From positions 19,406,001 through 19,470,000 of the forward strand of contig CM106586.1 of assembly GCA_048013815.1 (NCBI GenBank): a stretch of DNA of 64,000 bases, read 5' to 3'. How positions within the stretch are numbered: position 1 is the stretch's first letter; each line of letters begins with the position of its first letter. Source of the DNA: Setoptus koraiensis (taxonomy: Eukaryota > Animalia > Arthropoda). Below, piece by piece: positions 1-22,893 of the stretch. The notes beneath the pieces are model-generated. The model was not told the DNA's origin and searched no databases. It worked only from the letters and a program-made list of their open reading frames with translations. The position numbers were made by a program, and so were the translations under genes.

Positions 1-294
1 AGCCATTTATCACTTTGTTACACTGTGTCTGGCCCGTCAAGCCAGTTTGTCTGTGTGGCTTGTATTGGCAGTTTGTCACAGTGGCGACACACTGTGACAA
101 ACTGTGCGACAAACTGTGTGGGCGAAAGAGCGACTTCCGGTCACGGCTTGCCATTGTTCGGGGGCGCAATCTACAATCTGGTGGGTGGCGCGATCGATTG
201 GCTGGCCTACTGAGGGCCACTGGAGGCGACACAGCTGACGCTGAAACTGACAATGAGCGGCTCGAAGCGCCACCCGAAGCGCAGCCCCAAAACA

Positions 295-378
295 AAAATC
301 CAGCCTAAAATTCAGCCAAAAATCCGGCCAAAAATCCAGCCGAAAATCCGACCGAATGTACGACCGAATGTACGACCA
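295..378 (+). repeat. Degenerate 12-bp tandem repeat
   Basis: AAAATCCAGCCT/AAAATTCAGCCA/AAAATCCGGCCA/AAAATCCAGCCG/AAAATCCGACCG/AATGTACGACCG x2; the unit drifts progressively along the array. Confidence 0.8.
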
Positions 379-623
379 AAAATGCGTGCCCTGAAATTGA
401 AAATGGGGCGCAGCCCCCTCGCGGCGCGCACCGGCAAGCGAGCGTCGTGCAGAAATAAATAGAGCGAAACATTTTGTTTTGGTGGCGCCCCCGCGCACCA
501 CGCTGCTCATTTGGCTCCCTCTATCATTGTCCATTATCGACCGTCTATTATCGACTGTCTATTATCGAGGCTCTATTATCGATTGTCCTTCATCGATTGT
601 CTATTTCATTATCGCCCCGCCAG

Positions 624-11074
<10,451 letters not shown>

Positions 11075-11099
11075 ATACAACACAAGACAAAGACAGTGA

Positions 11100-11460
11100 T
11101 GAGATGCGTCTAAAATATCATGCCAAATAAAGATTATTTTCTCAACTATATCAGTATCATCGAAATTGCCTTTCCCTCTCTCTGCTTGTGCGTGATCGTT
11201 GGGCCTTAATCTTTTCTCGATAATCCCATCGGCCAAACATTAATCTCTGACGAGTCCCAGTTGTGCGTTTACAGGAGATGCTACATTTTGGACAGGAATT
11301 GCTGCTATTTTGCAGATGGATCACCAAGCATTTTCGGCAGAATGAGTGCAAACACTCTGTGATAGTAGTGGCATCTATGAGACAACCACCGCATAGCTTG
11401 AATCCAATTAAATCATTGATTTGACTAACAAGATTTATGGTATGCCAGCCACGAGGTAGG
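11100..11460 (-). pseudogene. Degenerate Polycomb-group RING finger (PCGF/BMI1/Psc-like) relic
   Basis: Minus frame reads INDLIGFKLCGGCLIDATTITECLHSFCRKCLVIHLQNSSNSCPKC (core 11402-11283), matching the PCGF signature CxLCxGYLIDATTITECLHSFC. The first Zn-ligand Cys is Phe (TTC) and the Tyr is Cys. There is no ATG between the upstream in-frame stop (about 11615) and the RING. The likely continuation is in another frame behind TAA at 11242-11240. Confidence 0.6.
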
Positions 11461-12090
11461 GGTTTATCACTGGCGCTTTTGATACGTTTGGCAAGTTTGG
11501 CGGGTTTGGCAAATTTTGTGGACTTGGCAGATTTGGTGACCGATAGTTTGCGGCGTTTTGCAAATGTGCAGCTCCGACCGGCTTCTGACGTTATTATACG
11601 ATTTATACGTTGTTATGCGATTTATACGGCGTCGATCGAAAATTACAGTGTATATACTATCGATTATCATTGGCTCGATGGGTTGTTGAATAAAATAAAA
11701 TAAGAGCAAAATAACTGACCACGTGAATGGCGCGAGTCGAAATGTAACAACATTTGAAATTATCATCAGCTGATGAGGCGAGAAAATGCGTGCGCGCTAT
11801 CGGTTTTTACATGCTGAAATCACATGGTTCATAATATCGGCCGCAACCATCTCATTGCCTTAATATCGTCTTGACTAGTCGATCCTTATCTCAACTGTCG
11901 TCGAGGACTTACACCTATATTTTAATTTATTATTTAATTTATTACATTGCCGCTAGAGAGATTCACAAGTCAGTAAAGTAATTGGATAGCGGAGCGAAAT
12001 TACAATAGCGATTGGAGGGACAGCCGAGTCACATCAAGTCACTGGGACCGATTATTGTTGCTGTCCGCATGTTATTGAGACATCTATTCA

Positions 12091-13523
12091 ATGTCAACCT
12101 TCGGAGATCAAAGCCGCTTCCAGCCACAAACAAACCAAGACTATTATGTCATATTAGGCGTCGATTTCAAGGCCAGTCACGAGACCATTGTATCAGCTTA
12201 TTACAATCTAGCGAAGAAATATCACCCCGACAAGCACAACCTGGATGAGGCCAAACGGAGGGAAGCTGAGATTATATTCAACAGAATCAAAGATGCATAC
12301 GACGGTAAGTTAATGTAACATATATATATATATATATGATATGCTCTGACAGCTCATAATTTACAATATACAGCTATCGATTTGTTGATAACGCATTCAT
12401 GTTGCTCTTGTCCAATCACATCAACAATACTTGCCTATTAACAGTGCTCAGTGATGCGCGCAAACGAGCCATTTACGATAATGTCGGCCCCGAGGGCCTC
12501 AAATTGGACGGCTGGAAGCTGGTTCCCAAACAAATGACTGCTCAAGATATTAGAGACGAGTACCAGCGGCTCACCCAAAACAAAAAAGACTCAAAGATGC
12601 TAATCATGGCCAGGCCAATAGCGCAATTCACAGTGTCCATAGATGCGTCGGATATATTCGCTCGGCACGATACCCTTCTATATGGAGAAAATGGAGAATT
12701 ATTAGATGATGATGAGGATGATGTGAGAATACTTAGGTTGCCAAATATAGAAATAAACTCAATGTCGGCCGCCATGTCGGTGGAACACAGCCTACAAGCC
12801 AATCACGCCATGAAGTTAAAGGGTGAGATTGATACTAAAAACGGCACTGGCGGAGGCTCCTTTTGCACCAATTACAAATATTCTTTCTCGCCAACAAGTT
12901 ATGTCGAAGTGGTATATGCAATTGGATTGGGTCCTGTATTCACATTGAGGGGCCACAGAAATTTCGGCAAAAAAACCTCTGTGTTAGGCAGTGTATTTAT
13001 CTACAACGCGGACCTGGCTTGTGGTTTTCGGACAGTAGTAACTCACAAAATTAAAGAGAATGTCATTGGAAAACTGGCCTACAAAGAGGGATTTGTTTCG
13101 TCGTTGACCACTTCATTAATATATATAAATGCTAGATTAAATAGCGAATTTGGTACATCGCTCAAATTGAGCACAAATAGAAATGCCATATCACTGGATC
13201 TCGGCTACAATCCAAACGCCTCAGATACACACCTGTCTATGACAGTGGCCCTTGTTTCAGAGGACGGCCTAGAAGTTGAGTACGGTGTTAGAACTAGAGT
13301 AACGGAACTTAGTACAATAGGAGCTGCCTTATCGTTTAGCGTCCCATCAGGAGTAACACTCAAAGTCAGCTATAATAGAGCAAATCAAGAGTTCAATTTT
13401 CCTATCTACTTGGCCGACGAATTAAGTACAGGGCCAATATTCTACGGAACTGTGATTCCTATTCTCACCTATAAACTATTTTGTAGATTTGTTAGACCTC
13501 CCACCCCCCAATCATATGAATAA
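12091..13523 (+). CDS. DNAJC11: DnaJ homolog subfamily C member 11 (mitochondrial), 2 exons, 430 aa
   Basis: Exons 12091-12304 and 12445-13523 (GTAAGT...AACAG, phase 1). J domain DYYVILGV...YHPDKH...FNRIKDAYDVLSDARKRAIYD, then family motifs GEIDTKNGTGGGSF and GVTLKVSYNRANQEFNFPIYLADEL. Confidence 0.92.
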
Positions 13524-16176
13524 CTATAGTTTCTAGCCTTAAGATGATACGTGCTCGTTCTTTTGTCAGATTGATTACTCTCATGATTTTTTTCGGAATC
13601 GAAGTTCGCCGAGGAGTTTGCCAAGCTGAACTTGGCCGAAGTGCAGATGAATTGGGCTAAGCCGACTGAACTTGGCCGATGCTAAACTTGGTAATTTGGC
13701 CTCTACAAGGCACTTCTCGTCAGATAAATCTTTAGAGTTCAATTCAGAGAATGGTGGACTTTTTTATTTCTGTTGATTTCACTGTTGATGAAGATGCATC
13801 ATTAGTGCCAGGAAAATCCCACTCGAACATAGTAATTTGGCTATGATCGCGACATGGACGAGGCCACGGACCCTTGAGATATTTCAAAACATTCTCTATG
13901 ATATACTCTCCATTCTTATGACCTTTCTTCTATGTCCTCCAATTTGGTGTCGCGGAGCGATCCCTCCCTCCGAGCGGGTTTTTTTCGTTGCGAGTGAGAT
14001 TTTTCGCTCAGATTGTGACTTATGGAACCCGTAAAGTTTTGATGAAAATGTCACATTAGATCAATCAATGAACACAAACCATCAATTAGTGTTTTCAATA
14101 CAAGATTCTTTGAATCAAACGATCTAATTTCACCTCTCTGTATCATATTTTCATTTGATTAGCATTTGATGAATCGTGAACGGATATCCACTGTGAAGAG
14201 GCCTTATGTTGGCCGGAAAAATTGAAAAAATGTCCAGCTCGTTTTGATGCAAGCACTCATCTTTCTGAAGTTAATTCTAGACCCATTAAGGATAATAACG
14301 AATTTTGAGCGCATTGCATGCGAACGAGTATTACGACAGCCGAGAAATTTGTCTAGTTTCGCGCCTAGTTTGTCTTTTTCAGCGCTGTTGGACAAGTGTT
14401 GTTCACGCAAAAAGGTCTCGCAAACTGTACATGAAAAGGGCTTTATAAGCGAGATTTTGCAAGCTTAAGAACCGTCAAGGTCTTCGGAAGAACAATCGAT
14501 TGTGAGTGGCCAGTTGAAACAAGCCGGATCCAATGGCTTTAGTTGAATTGTTTGTTTGTCTGGCGCTCTTGTTGCGACATGACATTTTAGCAATGCGACA
14601 TTTCATTCAAGGATTTGTTTGTCTGTTGATTTGATGAAAAAACACAAGTATGTTGTTGTTGTTGTTGTTGCATTCTCCACGTATAAAATAGAGTAGCGAG
14701 AGAAAGATAATGGATACAGTGGACCAGTGCAATTGAATCATTGGTCCGAGCTGGAAAGTATTTATTTGCAACTTGAAAATATGACCATACAACAATGATG
14801 TCATGTTGCAGTCTGGCTTGTATACTAAAAAGCCAGTTTGTTTGTCTGTCTATACGGTGGTTTTTCTGGCTGTTGGTTGGATCAAAACCGTAAGACAAGC
14901 CACAGTGATGTAATTCAACAGCAGGTATGCAGTCATGACTGACAATAATAGATTATCATAATAGTATTGTTGGCGGTAGCAGTAACAGGTTGTTATTACT
15001 AAACACTTGAAGAGCAGATGATTTGGTATGATCTCGCTGGCAGCAACGGTAGAGAAACCGTTTGTTGTAACGACAACAACAACGACAACAACAACGACAA
15101 CAACAACGACAACAACAAGTGTGTTTGTAGCGAGTCAAGGTGAGTTGTTCAGAAGAAACAAACGGACACAAACACGACTACTTGATTACAGCATCGGACA
15201 AGCGGCCCGATGCAAGTGGTCAGTTGATGTTTTGGAGTAGAATAAAGTTAGATCCATACACAAATACAAACAACGTTGTTATTATTGTTATCGTTATTGC
15301 CGGCTATTATTAGGATAGAGATCCAGTCAGTTGGCAACAAGTGCGACAGTCAAGGTTGTTACTTTGTTTGAATCTGGTGCCGTTGTTTGATCGCCACTGG
15401 CTGCTGTAGCTGACTGGCTGCTTTTCGGATTTTACCTGATTAGTGATTACTGAGAATATATAAAACACATAAAACATATTGGCAATTGTTTAATTGAGCG
15501 TTCACGGCTGGCCTGGCTCTGATGCCCTGTCACCCAGACCACCATTAATCCGCTAATGATACTATTCACTATTCATTGGCGCATTCCGTCGAGCGTGTAT
15601 GTTTTCCACAGTAGCAGTTAATTTCACTGCTTGGTGAGCTTGGTGAGCTTGGTGAGCTCGGTGGGTTTATATTTGCAATTTGCTGCATAATTGACTGGCG
15701 AGTTCACATGAATTACAGGTGAAAAACAGGTCAATTACTGCAGACAAGACGCAGGCGCAATTAGCCGTTGACTAAAATTGACATTGAACGATTAGTTACA
15801 GGTAACTTTGACCGTAACACACCGCAGCGGAAGCGCCCACTTCACTTAGTGACTGCACAACGCAATAGTCGCTAAATAAACTAGCTAGTGGCTAGACAGC
15901 AACAATGGTCGGCTTATGTTTATATTGAGACAAGTGTAAAGTTGTCACTGAAAAAGCGTGTCGTTTGTGTCGACTGCTACATACGATGATGATTATTCAA
16001 CTGCTGTCTACTGTCGCCTTGCCAACTAAACCAGCCAGTCGGTTGTTCCGCAAACCGACTGACTGGCTGCCCCCTTTCGCCCCTCGTTCACCTGTACACT
16101 CTTGTTCGGCTGTACTCGCGCACAGGTACATCTATTGTAATGGCCAACGGTTACGGGTAGATTCTCGGAAGTCGCC

Positions 16177-16196
16177 GCAACAGCAACAACAACAGC

Positions 16197-16257
<61 letters not shown>

Positions 16258-16281
16258 GCAACAGCAACAGCAACAGCAACC
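16177..16281 (+). repeat. (CAA/CAG)n microsatellite
   Basis: About 34 CAA/CAG triplets. Confidence 0.9.
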
Positions 16282-17612
16282 TCTGTGTGCATTATATTTG
16301 GAACATTATACATGTAGTTGGCGGCGGCTGCCGTTAATGAAATTGCCGAATGACGGATGTGCAAGGGAGCATCGTTTGCTCACGAGCAATTACAGTCGCC
16401 AGTTGACACCAATTGATGAATCAATTAATTACCATTGTTTGTATTACAGCTAGCATGAGGTTGCGTCAGCTCATTAGGCAGCTCTGGCAAGACGTTACTT
16501 TTCGCACCTCCGTGCTAGGCCCGTAGATATGGCCCAGCCAGCCGATATGACGCCAATGGTAGCCGACGACGAGCAAACAACACACATTGTCCATACGCTG
16601 ATTGGCTGATCTCGGCAACTTGTCGGATTCTTGCGCAAGCCAACACAATTGTGTGTGTGTGTGTGTGTGTGTGACGACAACGGTTATTTAATGTTAGAGT
16701 GTAAAAAATGATAATGATAAAGCGCTATCCATCATTGAAGAGAATTCGTTCTTTGCTATCCGCCTCGATCATGCTGATTAGACCCTTAGAGCCTTGTCGT
16801 TGTTGGCCGGGCTTGTGTGCCGACGCTCGCTGGGCCATTGTTTTGTTGGGCTTCTGTCTCTCTATTTCTGGCGAGCGGCGAGAAATAGAGAGACAGAAGC
16901 AACAAGCATCGCTCATTGTGCCCGCAAATAGAAAACAAGACCGATAAGCGATGTTGTTGGTCTTCTCAACAACAACCGTTTTCGAGCAGCAGCAACCCAA
17001 GTTTCGAAATTGCAATTTCGCTGACAAGCGCAAAATGCTGCTACCTGTTGGAAGAGACAACAGCAACAGCAACAACAATAGTAATAATAGCAATTTTTAC
17101 AATCACAGCTTTATCGGCTGGCCAACCAACTGTTGTTATAACTGTTGTTAATCAACCAATATTGCACACACCGTGCTGGCGCTGTTATTTGTGTCTTACC
17201 TGTTGTTTGTGTCTTGTATTTTTGCTGTCTCATGTCTGATGTCTTGTATGTCTGCTGTTTGCCTGGCCAATCTTTTGTTGTCTGCCAATTGTTGTTTATT
17301 TTGCCATTGGTACATGCACACTGTCGACTGTCGAGAAATTGTTGCTGTCTATTCACGTGTGAATTCAGTTTTTGCGTCTGGCACGAGCTAGACAACAGCG
17401 GGCCACATTAGACATTAGACATTAGACAACATTAGATCACGTTAGACGAAATTGGCTGATGAAAACAAAATTAGCCCAAATTAGCACCAGCCGGCTGTCT
17501 GCTGCTATCGCGGCGATAATTTGCGATAATTTGCGATCATTTGTAACGCATTATTTCAATTTTCACTTCATTTATTATTATTAGCTGTGAGTATCGGCTG
17601 CAACAAAATAGT

Positions 17613-17620
17613 TATCGATA
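17613..17620. promoter_or_regulatory. Perfect DRE palindrome TATCGATA (DREF-type site)
   Basis: Exact 8-mer match to the arthropod housekeeping-promoter DRE. It is a single site with no adjacent confirmed gene start, so function is unproven. Confidence 0.25.
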
Positions 17621-19031
17621 GCTCGCGCTGGCTCTCGATTGGTGGCCCCTCGAACGAAATCGAAATGCAACGATTTGATTTAATTTGGCACGATTGCGTA
17701 ACCGAGCCCCCTGAGATGTGCAACGCGCTCGCCTGATGGGCAAACTTGATTTGGCGTGATGGCCATCACGCTAAATCAGTTTGCCGACTGCAGCCGGATC
17801 GAGTTTGCCGACTGCGGCCAGATCAGGTTTGCCGCTCTCAGCAAGGATCGCGCACCCCGGGTAGCCCACTTTTGCGCCAAATCGCAACAGAGCGCCCATC
17901 CGTCGGGCGGCTGTTGGCGGGACGGCGCAAAAGTTTGCGCTTCGTCGAAGGACAATCGCAAATTGTTTTGTTTTTTGTTTTTTTCATCGCGCAAACTCAA
18001 ATCGAAATTGCCCCCCGAATCGACACCTCGCTACAGATGGAGCGCGATTGCGACTCGAAATCGACACAATCATGGCCAAGATAAATTATCTTGGATAATG
18101 GCGTGCAAAATCATTTGCTGCCATCAGCAACACAATCGCGCTATAAGATATGTAAAATGCGATTGGCGCTCCCACTCGCGACGGGATGAGAGACCGCGAT
18201 TGATAATAATAATAATGATTTTCCTTTTTAATATTATCATTTTATTTTATAATTTGTGTTTATAATGAGTGTGCGCTAAAATGTGATGTGAAAACAACTG
18301 ATGAAGTTGTTGAATTATTATTGCGCTCGCCAACAGTGCTCGAGTGGCTATTGTTAGACGTTGTTTTGGTTGTTGGCTGTGTGGTTGTTTTGGTTGTCGC
18401 TGTTGTTGTTTGGTTGTCGCTGTTGTTGTTTGGTTGTCGCTGTTGTTGTTTTCGGTGTTTGCGGTGCCAGCGTGGGATCGGCAGGAGGCTTGAGCTGTTT
18501 CTGGGCTGCATTTTGTTCGGCTCTATCCGTTCGCTCGAATGACTGATGAGATGAACGAGCCGATCGAATGGGATTACCCACAATCGCTGGCTGAGCTCGC
18601 CACAAGTTGATGGAAGGCGATTGAAACTGGCGGGCGAAAATTTTCACCTTCGCCTTCTTCAATCAATTTCGCACCTTTCGACACGCCGTAATTCGCGCGC
18701 TCATGACGATTGCCGCTGGCAAACACTTGGCTTCTTTGTCGCTGTCGTTATTGTTTTCGCTGATGTCGTAGTTGTGGCTGTGGTTGTTGTTGTTGTCGCT
18801 GTTGTTGTTGTTGGCGCCGTTGCTGGTGCTGCTGCTGTAGGCGGTGGTCGCGCGCGAATGCTGCAGGACTCGCGAGCCACTAGACAGCAGTTGGCGTACC
18901 TCGTGGTGGTGCGTAACCAAGATGAAAATAATCACCAAGATATGCAAATACCCGCTGCGCGCATCCGATTGTTCTGTGGTGAGGACCTGTGTGGCTTTAG
19001 AGAAGAGAAGAGAAGAGTTTCCAAGAAGATA

Positions 19032-19042
19032 AACAACAACAG

Positions 19043-19138
<96 letters not shown>

Positions 19139-19139
19139 C
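19032..19139 (+). repeat. (AAC)n microsatellite
   Basis: Near-perfect AAC run of about 36 units. Confidence 0.95.
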
Positions 19140-19621
19140 TACCTGTTCGTGGTATAATTGTGCGGCACACTCTGAGAGGAGTCTCAAGTGTCGTCGCTAG
19201 TTTTCGCCAGAGATTAATCGTTATCATTACAACTGTATAAACCAACCACCAATCAAGCACAAGCACTCACAACTAGATGGCAGCGAGTAGTCACAATTAA
19301 AATAATTGTCGGACCCACTGCTACCTGTTGGCTGTTGCCGGTCACAGCTTACCCACTGCTGACGCGGTGGCGAGTACGTGCTGTTGGCAGCCATTTAGAG
19401 TGTAATCTTAGAAAGTTAAAGTCAGTGTATAGTCAGGCGAGGAATGAGAGTGAAAGTTTTCTGATAATTTCACAAGAATCGAGCCGCGAATATTCGCAAG
19501 ATCGCAAGCTTTATCTAGTTGCGCGCGTGCGCATTTCTATTCTTGTCAAGCGAGTTTGTGGCACACTTTCTCCAAGATTCTGGCAGAAAAACTCTGGAAA
19601 GCCCAACTCTGCAAGCTCGCA

Positions 19622-19728
19622 CAACAGCAACGACAACAGCAACGACAGCAACGACAGCAACGACAGCAACGACAGCAACGACAGCAACAACGACAACAAC
19701 GACAACAACGACAGCAACGACAGCAACA
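19622..19728 (+). repeat. 9-bp (CAACGACAG)n minisatellite
   Basis: About 12 units with CAA/CGA/CAG variants. Confidence 0.85.
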
Positions 19729-21085
19729 AGCTACCAATTTAGAAGTGACCACAGCGGCAACAACCGAGCAACTACAAGCACCGCCGAGCAATATCAACAA
19801 CAAACAACGGCCAAACGAGTGTACTAGACCGTTTAGTTTTCCACTCTCTTGTGCCGCTGATTTTCGCCGTTTTGCAAGCCAACGCTGCCGCCAAACCAAC
19901 AAATGCTAATATTGGCTATTTATAAAACACCATAACTATTGCAATAAAACTGGCCGCTATCTGCATGTGCAACATATCCACACATTGTGTGTCCAATGTC
20001 GAGCTTGTCTTGCTTGACAAGATCACAGCGAAACGAAAGCAATTGTCAGGTAACTGTTGCTACATCACCACCGGCTCGCATTAGACAAATTTAAACAAGA
20101 CAGGTGAGCCAATACATAGAGATAATATAATAGTGTAGTGAGGCAAATAATGCGCTGCATTGATACTGATCACGCTATAAGAGAGGCGAGTGAGAGACAG
20201 AGAGTTAAATTTAAATATCACACACGAACAGGCAAACAACGAGGCGACACCACGAGACAACAATGACGAGCTGAGATTGATCGGCCAAAAGTCGCGTACC
20301 TCGCGCCTGATCGCTTTAGTTAGCCTACACAAGTCGCCTTATTAATCACAACAATACGAATCAATAATAGTAACAATATAAACAAAGTGATTTTCATTCA
20401 CCAATACACACGCAATAGCATTACAATTGGGCCAACAGCATTATTGAACGCATGTGTCCCTTTTTTGGTCAGTTCAACATCTCACTCCCAACAAAATATC
20501 CAAAGAATTTAAAATATATGAGCACTTTGCTAACAGCTTAGCAACGCATGAAAATTAAATCGTAATCATCGCTTAATCAACGATACTAGTGACAATTGAT
20601 TGACCAAAATAATCATCCCAATACAACATTATTAATCAACGCACGATAGTTACAATAACATTGTCAATCACCATAACGCAATAATACACGACGACAATCA
20701 CCAACGATATCACACACAACTCATTACGTAACGACTCTCAACGAGCATCGCACCTATCGGCTGCTTCTTCTTCTTCTGTTATATTGCGCGATCGAGTTTA
20801 AACTCGATGTGGAAAAATGATGATTTGAAAAACGTTAACAAACAAACAATAACAATTGTGTCACACATATCAGGGCAACGCCTCAAATATTCTCGTTTCT
20901 CGTGGCACACACAACTTTTCTAGACGATCATCGACACCAACTATAAATACACCTCAACAAATTACATAACTAACCAATATCATTCTCAATCATTGACATT
21001 GACACCAATCGACGGTCAACATTGGCTCTCAGTGGCTTTCAACAATAGTATTACTAAATCAGGTGCCCCCTTCAATATCATCACC

Positions 21086-22066
21086 ATGGTTTCTATCAAT
21101 CAAACGTCGTCAATTATGACAGATATCAACGGAAATTTGCTTAACACTAATCAACTAATCCAACCCACTAGCTCATTATGGCTGCTGTCAGAATATTTGG
21201 CTGGACCATTACATCAATTGGATCATCAGTTGAACTACTATTTGAATGAAATCTGGTCTGAGCATACCGATGAGCGTGTTGTTAAATTGCCATTTATGGG
21301 CGACGGACCATGGAAACTGCTAGCCGCCATCGGCTTGTATGTGTTTGCTATACTATATTTGGGGCCTCAATTTATAAACTCTAAAAGGAAACCATTTGAA
21401 CTAAATTGGTCAATAAGATCATATAACCTAATGATGATTATAAGCAATTGTTGGGCCTTCTATCATGGCTGTCGCATACTCAACTATGGCCTGTCGTGTT
21501 TCGGCTGCGAAATAATCGACTCCAAAGACAACAGTCCGGCCGGGTTAGAGCTACTCCGTTACGGTTGGTTATTTTTCCTATCGCGCATCATCGAATGGTT
21601 AGATACAATGTTTTTTGTGTTACGTAAGAAACCGTCACAAATAACAAAATTGCACCTATTTCATCATGCGTTTGTACCCCTATTGGTTTGGACTTATCTC
21701 AAGTTTCATCCGGGCAAAACGGTGGCCTTCTTTCCGCTTGTAAATTCGCTTGTACACACCATTATGTATAGTTATTATTTTCTTGCCACATTTGGGCCCA
21801 AAATTCAGCCCTATCTATGGTGGAAAAAATATTTGACCTCGATGCAAATAACACAGTTTGTTTTGATACTCATACAATTGGCCACTATCCCTTTGAGCAC
21901 AAGCCAGGAATGCCAGTATCCGAGAATGTTCTTATATATTGCCTTCGCTGGAGCAATTCTATTCTTATATCTATTCTATTCATACTACAAGTATACATAC
22001 AACTGTAGACATCTCCATTGTTCATCGAAGCAAGATCTGGTGTCAAAATGTAATAAATCTAATTAA
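21086..22066 (+). CDS. ELOVL: Very-long-chain fatty acid elongase (ELOVL1/7-like), intronless CDS
   Basis: First ATG at 21086 in ORF 20993-22066. Motifs EWLDTMFFVLRKK, LHLFHH (HxxHH), NSLVHTIMYSYY, YLWWKKYLTSMQITQF. Confidence 0.95.
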   Translation: MVSINQTSSIMTDINGNLLNTNQLIQPTSSLWLLSEYLAGPLHQLDHQLNYYLNEIWSEHTDERVVKLPFMGDGPWKLLAAIGLYVFAILYLGPQFINSKRKPFELNWSIRSYNLMMIISNCWAFYHGCRILNYGLSCFGCEIIDSKDNSPAGLELLRYGWLFFLSRIIEWLDTMFFVLRKKPSQITKLHLFHHAFVPLLVWTYLKFHPGKTVAFFPLVNSLVHTIMYSYYFLATFGPKIQPYLWWKKYLTSMQITQFVLILIQLATIPLSTSQECQYPRMFLYIAFAGAILFLYLFYSYYKYTYNCRHLHCSSKQDLVSKCNKSN

Positions 22067-22125
22067 TTAAATACTAACAATAATTATAATAGTAATAATA
22101 ACACAGCTCATACCAATGATACGAT

Positions 22126-22893
22126 TTAGTGTGTATTACTAGCAGGCACTTTAAACATGGGCCCATGGCCAGGGACAATGTAATCAGCAGTCTCTAGAAT
22201 TTTCTTTCTGTTGGCCCGTTGCAAATCAAGATTTTGCGATCCGGCCGCAATCCATATGCCTTCGTCCTCGATATCTTGTTCCCTTTCAAACAAATCGCCA
22301 ACTAGAGCCACCTTTCCCAACAAGTGGACATTGTCCACTATTAGCGACACACACTCTAGAGTGTGTCCAATTGTCGGCGTAACTTTCAGGTTGGGATTAT
22401 CTTCGATATGCAAATCCTGATATGTTATTACATCTACCATTTTCGTTTCGCCTCTTGTCTCATCATTACTGTTGCGTTTGGCACCTACATCAATTGTGTA
22501 GCTGCCTTTGGGTTCAAATAGATCCAAAAAATACTCCTCCACTCTGTATGGGCATGTGCCAACAAGATGCAATTTGGCATTCGTGAAAAGATTTAAATTT
22601 CCAATGTGATCCGCATGCGAATGACTACACACAACATAATCTATGTTGTCGGGATGCAATTTGTGCTTGTTGGCCAGAATGTCTTTTAATTGTTGCGTTT
22701 GCCACGGACCAAGAGTGTCAAATAATATGTTCGTGCCATTGCTTCTAACTAGGGCGCAAGTTCCGGTAGCAGTGATGCGAGAACTACCAATCAGATTTGT
22801 GGGTATCCTTTCAGCGAAATCTGGCCGCTTTTTAAAATCTAATTCGCTTGGACTGGAGTAACCATCGAGTATGACGTCTACGCATACGGACAT
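22126..22893 (-). CDS. MBLAC1: Metallo-beta-lactamase domain-containing protein 1, intronless, 255 aa
   Basis: ILFDTLGPW, VVCSHSHADHIGNLNLF (HxHxDH), TPTIGHT, VALVGDLFE, ADYIVPGHGPMF. Confidence 0.93.
   Translation of the reverse strand: MSVCVDVILDGYSSPSELDFKKRPDFAERIPTNLIGSSRITATGTCALVRSNGTNILFDTLGPWQTQQLKDILANKHKLHPDNIDYVVCSHSHADHIGNLNLFTNAKLHLVGTCPYRVEEYFLDLFEPKGSYTIDVGAKRNSNDETRGETKMVDVITYQDLHIEDNPNLKVTPTIGHTLECVSLIVDNVHLLGKVALVGDLFEREQDIEDEGIWIAAGSQNLDLQRANRKKILETADYIVPGHGPMFKVPASNTH

Noticed and set aside
15-308. First ORFs as upstream wake exons
   Set aside because: No match to the expected preceding ankyrin repeat; the upstream exon probably lies outside the window.
16725-17395. Phase-compatible minus-strand exon pair joined through ACAG|GT sites at 17199 and 17041
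   Set aside because: CAACAGGTA is common in this CAA-rich DNA and the product resembles nothing, so it is not supportable without RNA data.
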